From NCBI RefSeq assembly GCF_009834535.1, contig NC_045696.1:101248001-101312000 (forward strand): a stretch of DNA of 64,000 nucleotides, in the 5' to 3' direction. The translations under genes and the position numbers were made by a program. Source of the DNA: Camelus ferus. Lineage: Eukaryota. Below are positions 27,375 to 39,919 of this stretch, one piece after another. The notes below the pieces were generated by a model that worked only from the letters and a program-made list of their open reading frames with translations, was not told where the DNA came from and did not search any database. Each line of letters opens with the position of its first letter. Position 1 is the stretch's first letter.

Positions 27375-28000
27375 ATTTTCAACAATTGTGTGTCAGATGC
27401 CTTCTAGGTATTAGAGAGCTATGCAGCGGAACTACCAGCACTACAGAGCCACATAAGATATATGCCCACCTGTAAGAAGTACAGAGTCTGGTAAACAGAG
27501 AAAGACATGTAAATAGCTAAGTGCAATAAAGAATTGCAGGTGGGCTGAGAGAGCTGTTAAATAGAATTAGGGAACTATGAAAGAAAGCTAGTTTTACTTG
27601 GGGCTTTTTGAGGTGATTAATCCAGCAAGATTTTATATAAAAAAGTGATATTTGATATTTTTGGAACAATGACAAGGGGTGGGACAGGTGCTTAGAAGAA
27701 AGGCATTCCCAGACAAAAATAATACAATAGCAAAAGCATAAACCATGAACCAGCTAGGCATGTTTACAGTAACTATTAGCAACTCAACAGGATTGGGGGT
27801 TTAGAATTTGACAGTAGATTTAGCAAGAGAAAATGCTGGAGATTTAGGGAGAGGTTAAATTGTGTGGGCTAGAATTCTTAAACAGTGTGAGTTATAACCT
27901 GTAGACAAAGGGGTTTGAGGGAAGCAGGAACATGGATAAAGCACCAGGTTTGGTATTGGAGAAAGCTGTTTTAGGAGTAGAACATTAAGAAGGTATTACT
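27375..28000 (-). mobile_element. L2 remnant
   Basis: ttcaacaattgtgtgtcagatgccttctaggt...gaaaggcattcccagac..., reversed L2 3' end. Confidence 0.55.
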
Positions 28001-29477
28001 GATCTGATATACGGATGTAGGGCAATTAAAGTATAACTTTTCAAAGGCAAAAATGTGAAACCCATTCAAACAAAAAATGAGTATAAGCAAATATTTTATT
28101 CAACAAAGACTGTTAATTAATGAGGAAAACATTATCATTTGAGAAACCAGTTATTTACCAGCAATTTAAAAAATAACGTTAGGTTAAAATTTTTGGATTA
28201 GTTTTAAACCTGGCTAATGTCCAAAAAGGCAATAAACTATAATCTTTGACTTATTTCTTCCATCAAATGGAAATAATTTGCATTTCTACTGGACAAAAAT
28301 CAACAAGCTAACATTTAACTTTACTAAATTTGAGACCTTCAGTCAATAGCATACAGTAAATTGAAAAGTATATTTCCCTAACCTTTGAGTGAGCCCATGT
28401 TCCTGTATGAAAATAAATGCCATCCACCTTCTTGCCCTATTTGCAACTTTTGGGTAATTTTTTCTTACCTAGAAAAACTACTATATCGGTATTTTAGTAT
28501 GTACTGTCCCCTCCATTAAGTTTATGTACCATGTAATTGAACAACTTAAAATATGCCTATATAAATGCTATTATGCCCTATCATATTGTATAACTCATTT
28601 TGAAATTGCAAACTAAGCTTATCACTTGAGAAAATTCTTCTCTCTAGGAATATTTATGAACAGCATTAAATGGTGGACATTAAATCATTTCTGAAACCTG
28701 TTTCCAGTGTATCTATTTTGCTCAACACAGACATCTACTATACTTTGAAAAAGACAACTCTTTGTTCTTCCATCATATAACCAATTAGCTCACTATGCAA
28801 GTTTTCCTCTGGATAAATTGCAGTCTTGGGCTTCTGAAGCCAATGTTCTACAAGAGAAGCAGCTGGGCCTCAGGAATCACTATTTCATCACTGACATCGT
28901 TCTGCTCATCAGTAACTCTTAGATTATACTGAAAGTAACAAAGAGGACTTATGGCTTTTATTGAGGTTCCCTTGGATGTGGACTCTGTGACCAGAAATCC
29001 AATATGTGCTATATTGAATAAACATGCTATTATCCCTGCCAGTGGATGTTCATCCTGAATTTGTTTCAAAAAACCTAATTCTGTGAAATCAGCATTTTGA
29101 CAGTGTCTTACAGGATAATGATAACATTTTATAGGAAAAAATGAAATGCTTGATACCCTTAATTCACTTCCACATCCCTCAGTAAAAATTTGAGGATAAG
29201 CAACAACTCACTTTATATGCTGATACGGTTTTACTATTACAAATTAGAACTAGGTGGCCTTGGTGCAAAATATGAAGAGCCCATTAAATACTATACAGAA
29301 GAAAGCCCAGAGATCAACCAGTCTAAACCCTATGTAATTGTATTTTGGATAAATGTCTTTAAATAGTTAACTGGCTTATCTCTAAAGATCTTATAAAACA
29401 AGTTAATATATTCCTTTTCCTAGTTGTTTATTTTCTAACCAATCTGTCTTAGAGAGTTGGGCTTGGGAGTTGCATTT

Positions 29478-29930
29478 TATTCACTCATGCAACAAATATT
29501 TATCAAACATTTTAAAATTCAAGGAAACTGACAATCAAAAGCCCGTGCTTTCAAAGATTTTACATGGACGTAGGGAAAGTCAGATGATGAGTAAATACAT
29601 ATGTGCATAAACAAACAAGAAAATTTCCAGTGGTGCCAAGTGCTTTGCAGAGAAATAAAAGACATTTGTGTAATAGTGATTGTGTAGTGCTCTAGATTAA
29701 GAAGTCAGGCTAAGATTTCTCTAAGGAAGTTACTCAAAATGAAGTTGAGTGACAAAAGGAAGCTCACCATGAGATAATAAGGAGGAAAAGCATTCAAGAC
29801 CAAGGGAACAGACAAGGCAGAGAGTAGAATGGATGTACATGTCCTAAAAACCAGAAGAAAACCAGTCTGCATGGAAAACAGAGGCAAAGGAAAGGAGTGT
29901 GAGATGCTGTGGGGCATAAATGCTAGAGAG
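29478..29930 (-). mobile_element. L2 3' end
   Basis: attcactcatgcaacaaatatttatc...gtcaggctaagatttctctaaggaagt...aaaagcattcaagaccaagggaacag. Confidence 0.75.
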
Positions 29931-30270
29931 ACATTTTTCACTAATGGTTAAACTGAGTACTGTATATCATGTAATTTGAGAACTTCACTTGCCATTTCTA
30001 TTCTATTAGGCCCCAAGCTTATTCATGAAAAAAAAATCATGAAGCTGCCTATAATATTGAGTATATTTCTGCGGAAAAGTTGACTTACCTTTTATCTAAA
30101 CAAGCATCTTATCCAATGTCTCCATATTGGTCAAAAGGACAATATTACTGCTAATTATTATTATAACAGTTATTGAATGAAACAGTCCTTATAGGAGCTT
30201 GCTTGAAGGATGTGAATTCTATCTATCATATTATACAGAAATCTGTGTTTGGACCCAACCTCTTTTTCAG

Positions 30271-30663
30271 AGCTGAGCCCAGTCAGTCTAATTTGGCTGA
30301 ACAAATTTGGAGCGGAGTAAAACAGGCCCTCCCCAGCATCACTAGGCTTGTACCTTTCCTAGGCCCCTTAAGGACCATTATTCTTTGCTAGCAGAGAGTT
30401 AGGGCTCTGCATCCTAAATTGTCTGGTGTCTTTTGTCTCCAAACGCACTGGAATCTATAAAACTCCAAATGGTGGTCACTCAGGGGCAGGAACAGTCCGA
30501 GTTAAGGGCTGGGACATATCTAAAGGCAGCTGGGGAAAAGCTCTGCTCCTGCACTAGGGGTTACGACCACAACGCCCAAACTCAGCAGGAAGTAGTTACA
30601 AGAGGCTTCTTGCCCCTCAGCGCCTCTCAAGAAAAAGGAGAGAGACAAAAGACAGGAGGAGTT
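30271..30663 (+). pseudogene. Decayed gammaretroviral (class I ERV) env C-terminus plus polypurine tract
   Basis: Across a stop and frameshifts it reads QIWSGVKQALPSITRLVPFLGPLRTII / LGLCILNCLVSFVSKR / LESIKLQMVVTQG, matching the gamma-type env anchor and tail pattern (LLPFLGPL...GPCILN.LV.FV..R...IKLQM); purine tract aaaagacaggaggag lies just before the LTR. Confidence 0.85.
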
Positions 30664-31204
30664 TGTCACCGGCAAACCCCATGAGCAATTCGTGGGGAAT
30701 AAAAATAGAATATGGGTAATAAAATAAAGTCTAACCTTTTTATTTCTTTTCCTCGTGCTTCATCTAGTTTCACCTGCTCACAGGGTGCCGCATGCAGAGG
30801 CCTGGAACCTGCACTTCAGAGCAGAGTTTCTAGTGCGAAGAGCTGTTCCTGACAACTCACCGTGAGAACTCCATCCCGCCAGTTTCCCTTCCCGCGGGAA
30901 TCTCGCCCCACGGGAATCTCGCTGTGGGAGAATCTCGCCCCACGAGAATCTCGTCCTCGGGAATCTCGCGACAGGAATCTCGCGGTGGGAGACTCTCACC
31001 GCACAGGAGTCTCGTGCTCGAGGGAAGCAGCCCAGCCACAGCCTGTCGAGGAGGCTTTCGCCCTAGAGGTCCACCTCCCACCTCTCCATTCTTTAAGCAA
31101 AGAATAAAACTTTCCTTCACTGTTGAACCGTCTGGTTCTATTGGTGCCAGCAACACTGCGCGGAAAAACTCTCACTGGGGACCAACGCAGGGAGGTACGT
31201 AACA
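30664..31204 (+). mobile_element. Complete 3' LTR (541 bp) of a class I ERV
   Basis: TG...CA termini with an imperfect inverted repeat (tgtcac / gtaaca); follows the PPT; AATAAA at 31103-31108; CpG-rich against an AT-rich background. Confidence 0.85.
30896..31019 (+). repeat. Minisatellite inside the LTR: ~8 units of 14-16 bp, core GAATCTCG
   Basis: gggaatctcgccccac / gggaatctcgctgtgg / gagaatctcgccccac / gagaatctcgtcctc / gggaatctcgcgac / aggaatctcgcggtgg / gagactctcaccgcac / aggagtctcgtgctc. Confidence 0.9.
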
Positions 31205-32049
31205 TTACCTAATATGACATATGACATGCAGAGTAACTGACATCATCCCAGGTAATAATAATCACGTGTTCTGTATTACCAATTATTATTCTTATGAATC
31301 ATTTTATGGTAGAATTACTAGATACTCATTTTAAACACTCCTTTTTATTTTTGTTTTGTCAGAGTAATACAAAGATAGGTCAGTATCAAATGCTGCAGAA
31401 GCCTATAGTTTATAACTACAGTCTGAGACCAGTTTTTAAAACTATTTTTGTAGAAAGAAAACTAATACATTCTTATACTCATTATAAAGAATATAAGCAG
31501 TTCTGAATCCTGCCACCTAAAATGACATCATTCCAATCATCTTTTTCTCCATGCCTACAGAGAGAAGACAAGATACAGTTTGATACTTTTTAAAATAAAA
31601 GTGTTTTTTTGTATTTTATATTTTTCCATAATATGGATGAAGAGAAACTGAAGAGACTGTGAATATTTAAATATTTCTTCAAAAAGCCTTACAAAAGATG
31701 TATTTCTTAAAAGATGTATTTCTTTAAAAAGCCTTACAAAATTGAGAAAATATATTTAGTATTAAGGAGTTGAGATCATTAGTCTGTAAGCTATAAATTT
31801 CAATTGTAGACAGTTGTGTTGACTTCCCTCTAAGAAAGACTGAACACTAGCCTCTTTTTGTTAATTTTACTACATTTTGTAGAATCCAAGTTGATGATAT
31901 TTGCATCCTATTGTGCAATAATCCGAATTTCTTGAGTATTCTTCAATATTCAATGGTCTACATAAATAATAAGGTATTTTTTTCTTGTTCACTGTTATTG
32001 TTTTAATTTTTAAATGATTGCTACTGATTTGGATCTTTTTTCTGACCAA

Positions 32050-33000
32050 GTAATTTCTACTGGTAGCAAGAAGGCCTGGCTACTCTGAGTTCTTTTACTT
32101 TTGAGAATGTTTGCTTTACAGTCGGACTCTAACTTGCCAGCTATGGGTAATTGGATCTCTCTTTGTTTCAAGGTTAGAAGTGATTAGTCTAATGCTCAGG
32201 CATTGAATGTTGCTGGGAAGTGTCTCAGGGACAGTCTGTTTTGATTTTTTCTCTTGAAAGATTTTCTTTCTCCATAGATGCCCAAAATATTCTTTCTTCA
32301 TGAACAGACTTTTATAAATTAATTAGAATTAATCTTTGTGTCACATGTTCTACATGGAATTTTTCTAGAACTTATATGCTTTTTTATACTGCAGATTAGT
32401 CATTTATTTCAGAAGATGTTGCTTGCTTGCTTATTTATTTATTTATTTATTTATTATAAATTTGAAGACAATAATGCTTCAACTGGGTCAATTTTGTTTC
32501 TTCCATATGATTTTGCTTCTCACTGATACCTTTAATCTTTTTTTATTTTTCATGTATGTTTGCTGCAGTTATCTCAAACCTTTACTCAGTGTTATTAATT
32601 TAATTTCAGATGTCTATACATTTCTTTTCATTTCTAATTTTTTCAACATTTTTGTGGTGTGTCTCCATCCTAATTTTCTTCCTTATGTCTTTAATTTGCC
32701 TTTACTTCTCTTCCTGTTTTATCAACATATTTTAGTATTTTGTTCTGTTGCATTCATGTTCATAGTGTTGTTTTACAGCACAAAGCATTTCCAGAGAATT
32801 TATTTCTGTTTTCTGTGTTTTTGTTTCCTTAGGCTGGGGTAATTTTTTACTGACTTTTGCAAAATGTAGATTTTTCTTCGATCATTTAAAAACAAAAGCA
32901 TGCCATTTAAAAAATTTCTTTCTCATGACATTTCTCTTTGCTCTGACATGAGGAGTAAATTCTTTATTTCCTTTATCCCAGACTTACACACTAGGTGCCC
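32050..33000 (-). mobile_element. Very old LINE remnant (HAL1 or L1 ORF1-like)
   Basis: T-rich degenerate sequence resembling a reversed ORF1-type region; weak similarity only. Confidence 0.35.
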
Positions 33001-33760
33001 CTCACCAAGACGAAGTTTGAGGGCCTTTCATTTTTTCACTCCTCTATTTCTCCTCCATTTTCTAAAGACAGTGCCATGGAAGAATGAAGAGAGTTGTCAA
33101 GGCAGCTTAGGCACAGCTTGTCTCATCTCTCGCACCCCAGATTTTGTTAAAAGCCCTGCATCATGCTCCCTCCATCTAATGGGGGGGGGGGGGTTACCAC
33201 TACTGTGGAAAGACATTTTTGGATTTCAGATTTTACAACTTAGAAACAGTTCCTACACTGTTACAAAATACTGTCCATTAATTTTTTCTGTTTCTCCCCC
33301 ATAGTTCTTTTTACCTCAACTTCATCACAAAAGGTAAACTTTTAAAATTGGGAGATTAGTTTGCTTCATATATTTGTAAAACTCAATATGAATTATCAGT
33401 GTTTTGTGAACTTCTCAGCATGGCTTCTGAGGGAATTAGGTAGAGTTAGGAACATTGCTACTCCTCAAAAATGCTTTCCTATCTTTAAAGTCTATGGACT
33501 GGCTCTGAATCCCCTGTCAAATGTTTCTATGGAAAACACCTTGTTAAACAGCGGACATATGTTTCCCAATGGAAATTAACTGCTAATAAAAACAAGTAAG
33601 AAAGATAGGTGACTGTGAGACAGGAAAATAGCTTTGTATTTGAAATTGGACAGTAAATAACCTTGTTTTATCAAGGGAGCATTTCTCTTAAAAATCATTT
33701 TACATTTTTGGCCAGAATTCAGAAACTGTTCTTAGTTCATCTCTTTTATTTTAATCTGAA

Positions 33761-33921
33761 TCAGTAGTTCTCAGCTTTGCCTGCACATTTGAATTACCTA
33801 GGGAGCTTTAAAAAAAAAAAAAGTGTCTCTGCTCAGGCCCAAATCTAGACCAAATGAAAAAGAAAAAAATTTCTGCGGTGAAGCCCAGGAATTCACAACA
33901 GGGAATGTTGGGAGCCACCGA
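33761..33921. mobile_element. MER5A-like hAT-Charlie MITE
   Basis: cagtagttctcagctttgcctgcacatttgaattacctagggagcttta...aagcccaggaat...ttgggagccaccg. Confidence 0.75.
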
Positions 33922-35019
33922 TGTACACAAACATTAAAGCTGTTGATTTGATTTTTTAAAGATACCTTTGAACATTACTTTGTTATTATTAAACACTAAT
34001 AACTTTCCATTACTAGCCATATATTTTGTGAAGAAAATGTAAGCTTTTCTTCTATGAGATGAAAAATACTTATTAGTTAGGCTTAGCAAAATTTCTAAGC
34101 AATCTAATACTGTGTGGCAAAACTAGCAACTTTTTCATGGACTAAACATGTTCTTTTGGACTTTCCATGTATAGTTATACAGTTGGTTATGTAATGTCAT
34201 ACACTACCCAGAATATAACAGTTGGAAGCTACTGGTATTTATCTCCCAAAATCAAATCATTGTCATCTGAGAATATCCAGGGACTTGTCCATGAAGTAAG
34301 CAGTTAAGCAAGATGTAAAAAGTCCTCACTCTGTCAACTCTTTAAAAATAATCTAGTAAATCAGTCTGTGCTTAATAGACTTCACTAATTTTTTTTCTAT
34401 TGGACTTAGTACCCATGCAATATTTTAGTGCACAGTTTAAATCTGAATATTGTCTATTGAAGCAGTTTAAAATTTCAGTAGGGAACATATTCTGTTAGTT
34501 GTTTCTGTTGTATCACTTGGAGCTTGGAAATTGTGTAACAAAATGACCTAATGTAAGTTCAACCCAAGAGTTTACTGATGAACCAAGGATGTAGAAACAA
34601 CATGAAATAATAAAATAAACTGAATGCCATGGTCAAAAATTAATATTTGTCAGAAAAGTGATGAATGATTATATTTGTTGTTTGGATCAATGGCCTGTAC
34701 ATTTCCTATTCTAAGGTTTACTTCCCTTTCCAGATAGACAAATTTAAGGGCTTAAAATCTAAGCCAGAGCAGTCATAAAACACATGGCTGGGAATAAACC
34801 AGTGAAATTCCATAGTTTAATTCTATGAGTTCTCTCAGAATCAAAATATCAAATTTATTAAGAGACTTTGACAGTTACATTTTGTGAATCCTACAGACCT
34901 ATATACCACTTCTAAAATAGAAAATAAAGACTTCATGACTTTTTGTTTAATGCATCCTTAGATGTTAGGAGCCTTTGTAGTACTGAAATCTCTTACTTAG
35001 GAGATTTACTGTGTCTAAT

Positions 35020-35260
35020 TACTGGTAAGGCCATAGAATTTGGCACCAGTCTTACCCAGAATTAGACCTTGGATCAGATGCTTACTCATAGATAACACTG
35101 GATAGCTTACTTCTTCTTTTGAACTTCAGTGACCCTATCTGTAAAATTATAAAGATGAAAATACAATCTTTATAGGTGTGTTCAGGTATCTGTGTTTAAG
35201 GTAAGTTTATATATATGGAAGATATGTATTATTGGCCACCCAGGAGTTGCAGAGTACATT
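35020..35260 (+). mobile_element. MIR SINE
   Basis: ttgaacttcagtgaccctatctgtaaaat core with degenerate flanks. Confidence 0.55.
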
Positions 35261-35290
35261 ACTAAATTTAAAGTAAGAAATGTTGTTATT

Positions 35291-35349
35291 GATGATGATG
35301 ATGATGATGATGATGATAATAATAATAATAATAATAATAATTAATAATA
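35291..35349. repeat. (GAT)n(AAT)n compound microsatellite
   Basis: Directly visible. Confidence 0.95.
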
Positions 35350-38300
35350 AATGATATTGTCCTCAGAAGCCACCAGCCCTCCACACCAGAATTTAAGTTC
35401 ATTATAATTACTTTCAAATTGTTCTGCTGGAAAAAGAACTTTATAGATTTTAAAAAGGACATTATTTATTCGAAAAGTAGTCATGGTTTTGTGAAATGTG
35501 AACATTCAAACAAGTACGGCATTTGGAATTGTGTCTGGTTATACTTTTTTTGGGATCCTAGGCAGCCTTCATTTTGCTTTTCATCAGGTCTAGCATTCTA
35601 TATCATTTGTCCAGAAAAGTTTTACCTTTATAGGTCAAGTTTAGGGAGAAGATAAGCCAGTATTTTGAATGTGGTCAAATTTAGTATGGATTAATCAATC
35701 TATGTGGGCCCTTTGCCACTTGCTTTAAAAGACCCCATGAATTAAAAAAATTGCTGTTATAAAGTCTCCCAAAATATCTAAGTAAAATAAGCCAGTATTG
35801 ATCTTGTTCTGCAGGAATGCTCGACTTTATCTGAACAGAAAACCTCATTAAACCTCTAGCAGCTGCCCTTTGCTGCTATTGTTATTTTAAAATGTCTTTT
35901 ATACAATACTTTTCTTTCCGAATAAATGGCCTCAAGTGTGGCGGAATCAATGCAGTTATCTGAGACTTACGTTTGGTAAATAAAAATGATTGTGTGGCAA
36001 CAAAATGAGCCTCATTGCCAGACTTGTAGTGACTGGCAGGAAGGAATCTTTAATTTGTACTAAAGTATCAGAAAATCTATAAAATACAAACTATACTTAG
36101 GTTCTTTTTTTTGTTGTTTTTAAGTGGCAGTTTTTCTATTCTGACTGTATATATTTTTTCTGCTCAATACAGATTCATTTAATTGCTATGAAGCATGTTC
36201 AGAGTTAAAGACAAAAAATTTTGATAATTGGAGCTTATTTTAAGAAATTGAGTAAGTCTAACTTTTTATGCCACATGTGCTTTTAAAATCTATTATTATA
36301 AGAAATAAGCAAAGCCCTAAGCAGCTACAGAGGCTTAGTTAATTTATTTCTTTTGTGGATATAACTAGAATTATAGTCCTCTATGCATCCAAATACTTTC
36401 TTTAACTATCATAGTTAAGACTGTTCAGCTATTTTTTAAATTTTCATAATATAAGGCAGCCCTCCGGGATAACTTATTTGAAGGAGAAGCCCTACAGGAG
36501 AGCCCAAAGGAACAGCTTCTCACATGGAGTCAGTCTAGGGTGAGGGGTGGCTCTTTCTTGAGTTTGGGGCTACTGTTAAAAACAAATAAAGTAAAACAAA
36601 CAACCACAGGCATCACAACTGCACCTTTGCAGGCACAGCAACAACTCATCCACTCTGAGTTGCTACCAGAAAGCATTACCTGGGACCTCACAGAGGCAGC
36701 TCCGGATATGCCAGCACCTGCTGGTGCCAAGTGGACAGGACGTTCTGTAGCCCAGCAGCTCTCATCACGTGGTGCTGTAGCTGCAGGTACACCAGTCGCT
36801 GTCGTGTGAGGAGGCATTCAGGAAGTGACCAGGTAATGACTGTCAGTGTTTCTTCCTCTCTAGACTGTGTGCTGTTTGGATTAAGGATTGCTTATTATAA
36901 ATGTCTATATCTGCAGAGACTAGCAAAATGTCTAGTAGGTAGATAACTTTATTAAACTATTTAATAACTGAGTATTAAATATTAATGAGAATGTTCTGTT
37001 GCAGACAAAATCGAGCATGTGTGTATGTGTGTGTGCACATGCATGTGTACGTGTGTATGTATGTAGGTTGTACCTGAGACAGACAGACAAAAAGACTGAC
37101 CAAAGCAGTAGAAAAGAGCAAGTTCATACTTGTAGCATTTCTTGTTCTTATTTTGAACCATTATTTTATATAATTTTCTCAAGAACAAATATAAGACCTT
37201 ATCAGTGGAAAGCAAATATGAAAATATCACTAAGACATTTTTGAACTGTTATTTTATAGAGCAGTAGTCTTCAAAATTAGGTACTTAAAACACCCAAGGA
37301 TGCACAAAGATTTTCTAGCAGGTATGTGGGCAGGACATAGGTGGCTTCTAGAAAAATCAATTTCCAGACCCTTAACTTTAATACATGTCCTTTCCAGAAA
37401 TCAATCTGCCTGAGAACATCTGTGATTTGCCAACTATTTTTTCTTGCCTCTCCTTTCAAAACTGCCCTTTTACCCCTACACAAAGGGAACAGGTCCATCT
37501 CACCCACCCCACACGACATGGTGCATTGTCATCAGGTGAAAACGCATGTAGGCACCAAAGGAGGATTTTAGATATATTGCTTTTGTGGAGCGCACCATGA
37601 GGGCAAAATAAAGAGAAGGCTATTGAAGGGGAAGCACCTTATTTCCTCCATCACCAAAGGAAGGGTGGGGCTTTCTGTATTCTTGATTCAGCCTAATTAT
37701 CTTAGAATTAAGTGGTGAGATTTCTGTCATGGGAATAAAAAATGATTATATTTAAATTAAAAATAAAATGAAGGCAGATATTTTCATGGAAATTCAGCCT
37801 GATTTTGGCTAAGAGCTATCTTTGCCATTTAGATTATATGATGGCTTTTTCCCAAATTTGAAAAGACTAAATCTGAAGCTTAATGGTGTTGATGATAAAT
37901 GCAATAAAATCCCACCCTACCACTGTAAACAAAGTTCAGATATTTAAATTGCACCCAATGCAGGATTGAGTTATTGTAAGCCTAAACTAAATGACCAGAG
38001 TGAAGCTGCTATGAAGGATGGAAACTAACAGCATTCTGTCTGAGTTTATGGCATCAGTGAGTTTTATTGTCTGTTTAAAGGAGGTTCCAATCAACAAAAT
38101 GTCAGAACATTTTACAGTGTGTGAAATTATGATAATTATTGATAAATTTAAAATGTGCAAGAGTATACAGAACATTTTTTTCAGAATTCTTTTAGGAGGA
38201 ATAAAATGAAAAAAGTTTGAATATCACAGCATAGCATTCAGGCTGGTTTCCAATTTTATTCTTAATTTTTGTGCTAGTCTTATGAGTATTTATAATCACA

Positions 38301-38699
38301 TGGAAAGTCTTGATTTAACTAAAACATGACCTTCACCTCCCTTGCCCATTCCTCCTCATCTTGTAGAACTCAAAGGAGTAGGGAGAAGGGTAGAGAGATC
38401 TGCATTTAAAAGAGGATCTCTGAGATTCAAACTGTTGAGCAGAGTACATAAGTTGGCCAACCTACTCCTCTGATCCCATTAATTCATTTACATTTTATAT
38501 AATTATTTTATATATTAGAGCTTAAGTCTACCATCTTGCTATTTTTTTTTTTTTTTTTGCCACATCTTTTTCCCCTTCCTTTATTCTCCCTTTCATGCTT
38601 TCTTTTGGGTTAGTTAATAACTTTTCATGTACTAATTTAATACCTCTGTTCGCATTTTAGCCACATTTCTTTGTTTAACAATTTAAATCGTTGCTTTAA

Positions 38700-38915
38700 T
38701 GTGGGCTTTCTCAGCATCAGCACTATTGACATTTAAGACTGGATAACTCTTTGTTATGAGAGACTGTCCTGGGTGTTGTAGTATTTTTAGAAGCACCATT
38801 GGCCTCTGTCCTCTAGAAGCCAGTAGCACTACTCCTTCAGAGAACCAATAGTATTTCCAGATATTCCCAAATATCCTATAAGGGAAAAAAAAATCACAAC
38901 TTGTTTAGAATTAGT
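38700..38915 (-). mobile_element. MER20 hAT-Charlie MITE
   Basis: tttctcagcatcagcactattgacattt...ggataactctttgtt...ctgtcctg...tggcctct...gccagtagcac. Confidence 0.85.
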
Positions 38916-38989
38916 CCTCTATGAGATACAAAATGCAGTGACATGTGGTTGCTATTGACTCAAAGATAATACTGTACCACCTGCATTGA

Positions 38990-39110
38990 CTACATTGATC
39001 TCTATAAGAATTCTATGAAATAAATATGATTTTTATCCCCATTCTCAAGATAAGTAAAGCAAGGCACTGAGAGTTTCAGTAACTTGCCCAAAGATACAAA
39101 GATGAAATCA
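38990..39110 (-). mobile_element. MIR SINE
   Basis: ttatccccattctcaagataagtaaagcaaggcactgagagtttcagtaacttgcccaaag. Confidence 0.75.
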
Positions 39111-39919
39111 CTGTAAAGTTTTAATTCTTATAAAAATAACATACTTTTATTTTTTTATTTTCTATTGTTGAATTTTTTATAACTTGTTTAAGAATCTGTG
39201 AACTAATTCCGCAACTCCACTTTTTATTGTTTTTACAATTAACACCTTATTAACTGTGGACAGGTGTTTCCCAATGGGAGGCTGAGTTCCAACCAGGTGT
39301 TAATGAAAAGAAACAAGAAAGGTAGGTTAATAAGACATGGGAAAATTGCCATGTATCTAAAATAGGACTGGAAACTAGCTTGTTCTATCAAGGGAGAGAT
39401 GTATTTTTTTTTTGTATCACTTCAAGTTTTCTACCAAATTTCAGAAACCTTTAGTAATTCTTTGATTTTGACTTTAGTTAAGGTAACATAAAATTTGCTG
39501 ATGATTGATGTAAATATAGCCTTGATCATTGATCTTGTATCAGAATGAATGATTTGTGAGCATCCTGTGAATACAAACTGCTAAACAATATACTTTATAA
39601 TAAAAAATTAAAATGGGAGTAACAACGGAGGATGGAATAACACATATTAATAATATTTTTTGGCAGAGCTAACAACTTCTTCACAGGACAAACATGTTCT
39701 TTCAATTCTTTGTTATATACAATCATGGAATATATTATGACCCTCATTGAAATCAAGTTCTTACAACATTCAGGATTTTATAAAGGAGTTATATTGGAAT
39801 TTCCCTTGATCTCAACAAATACAATTATACATATTAAGGGAAAATAGGGTGGTCATGGTAGATCTCACTGAAAAGATAAAATTCAAGTGAAGACTTGAAT
39901 AAAGTAAATATTTTAGGGT

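Noticed and set aside
30896..31019. Repeat-spacer look resembling a CRISPR array
   Set aside because: Units are only 14-16 bp with short related tails, lie inside a retroviral LTR in mammalian DNA, and there are no cas genes.
30778..31205. Cluster of overlapping ORFs on both strands
   Set aside because: Explained by GC-rich, stop-poor LTR repeat sequence; no protein similarity.
31670..31742. Small local duplications (also ~51385-51413, ~54262-54300, ~59239-59278)
   Set aside because: Ordinary slippage duplications of 13-25 bp with no sign of function.
32423..33304. Longest ORFs (139 and 134 aa), the first very hydrophobic
   Set aside because: The F/L/I bias comes from T-rich degenerate repeat sequence; no splice or homology support.
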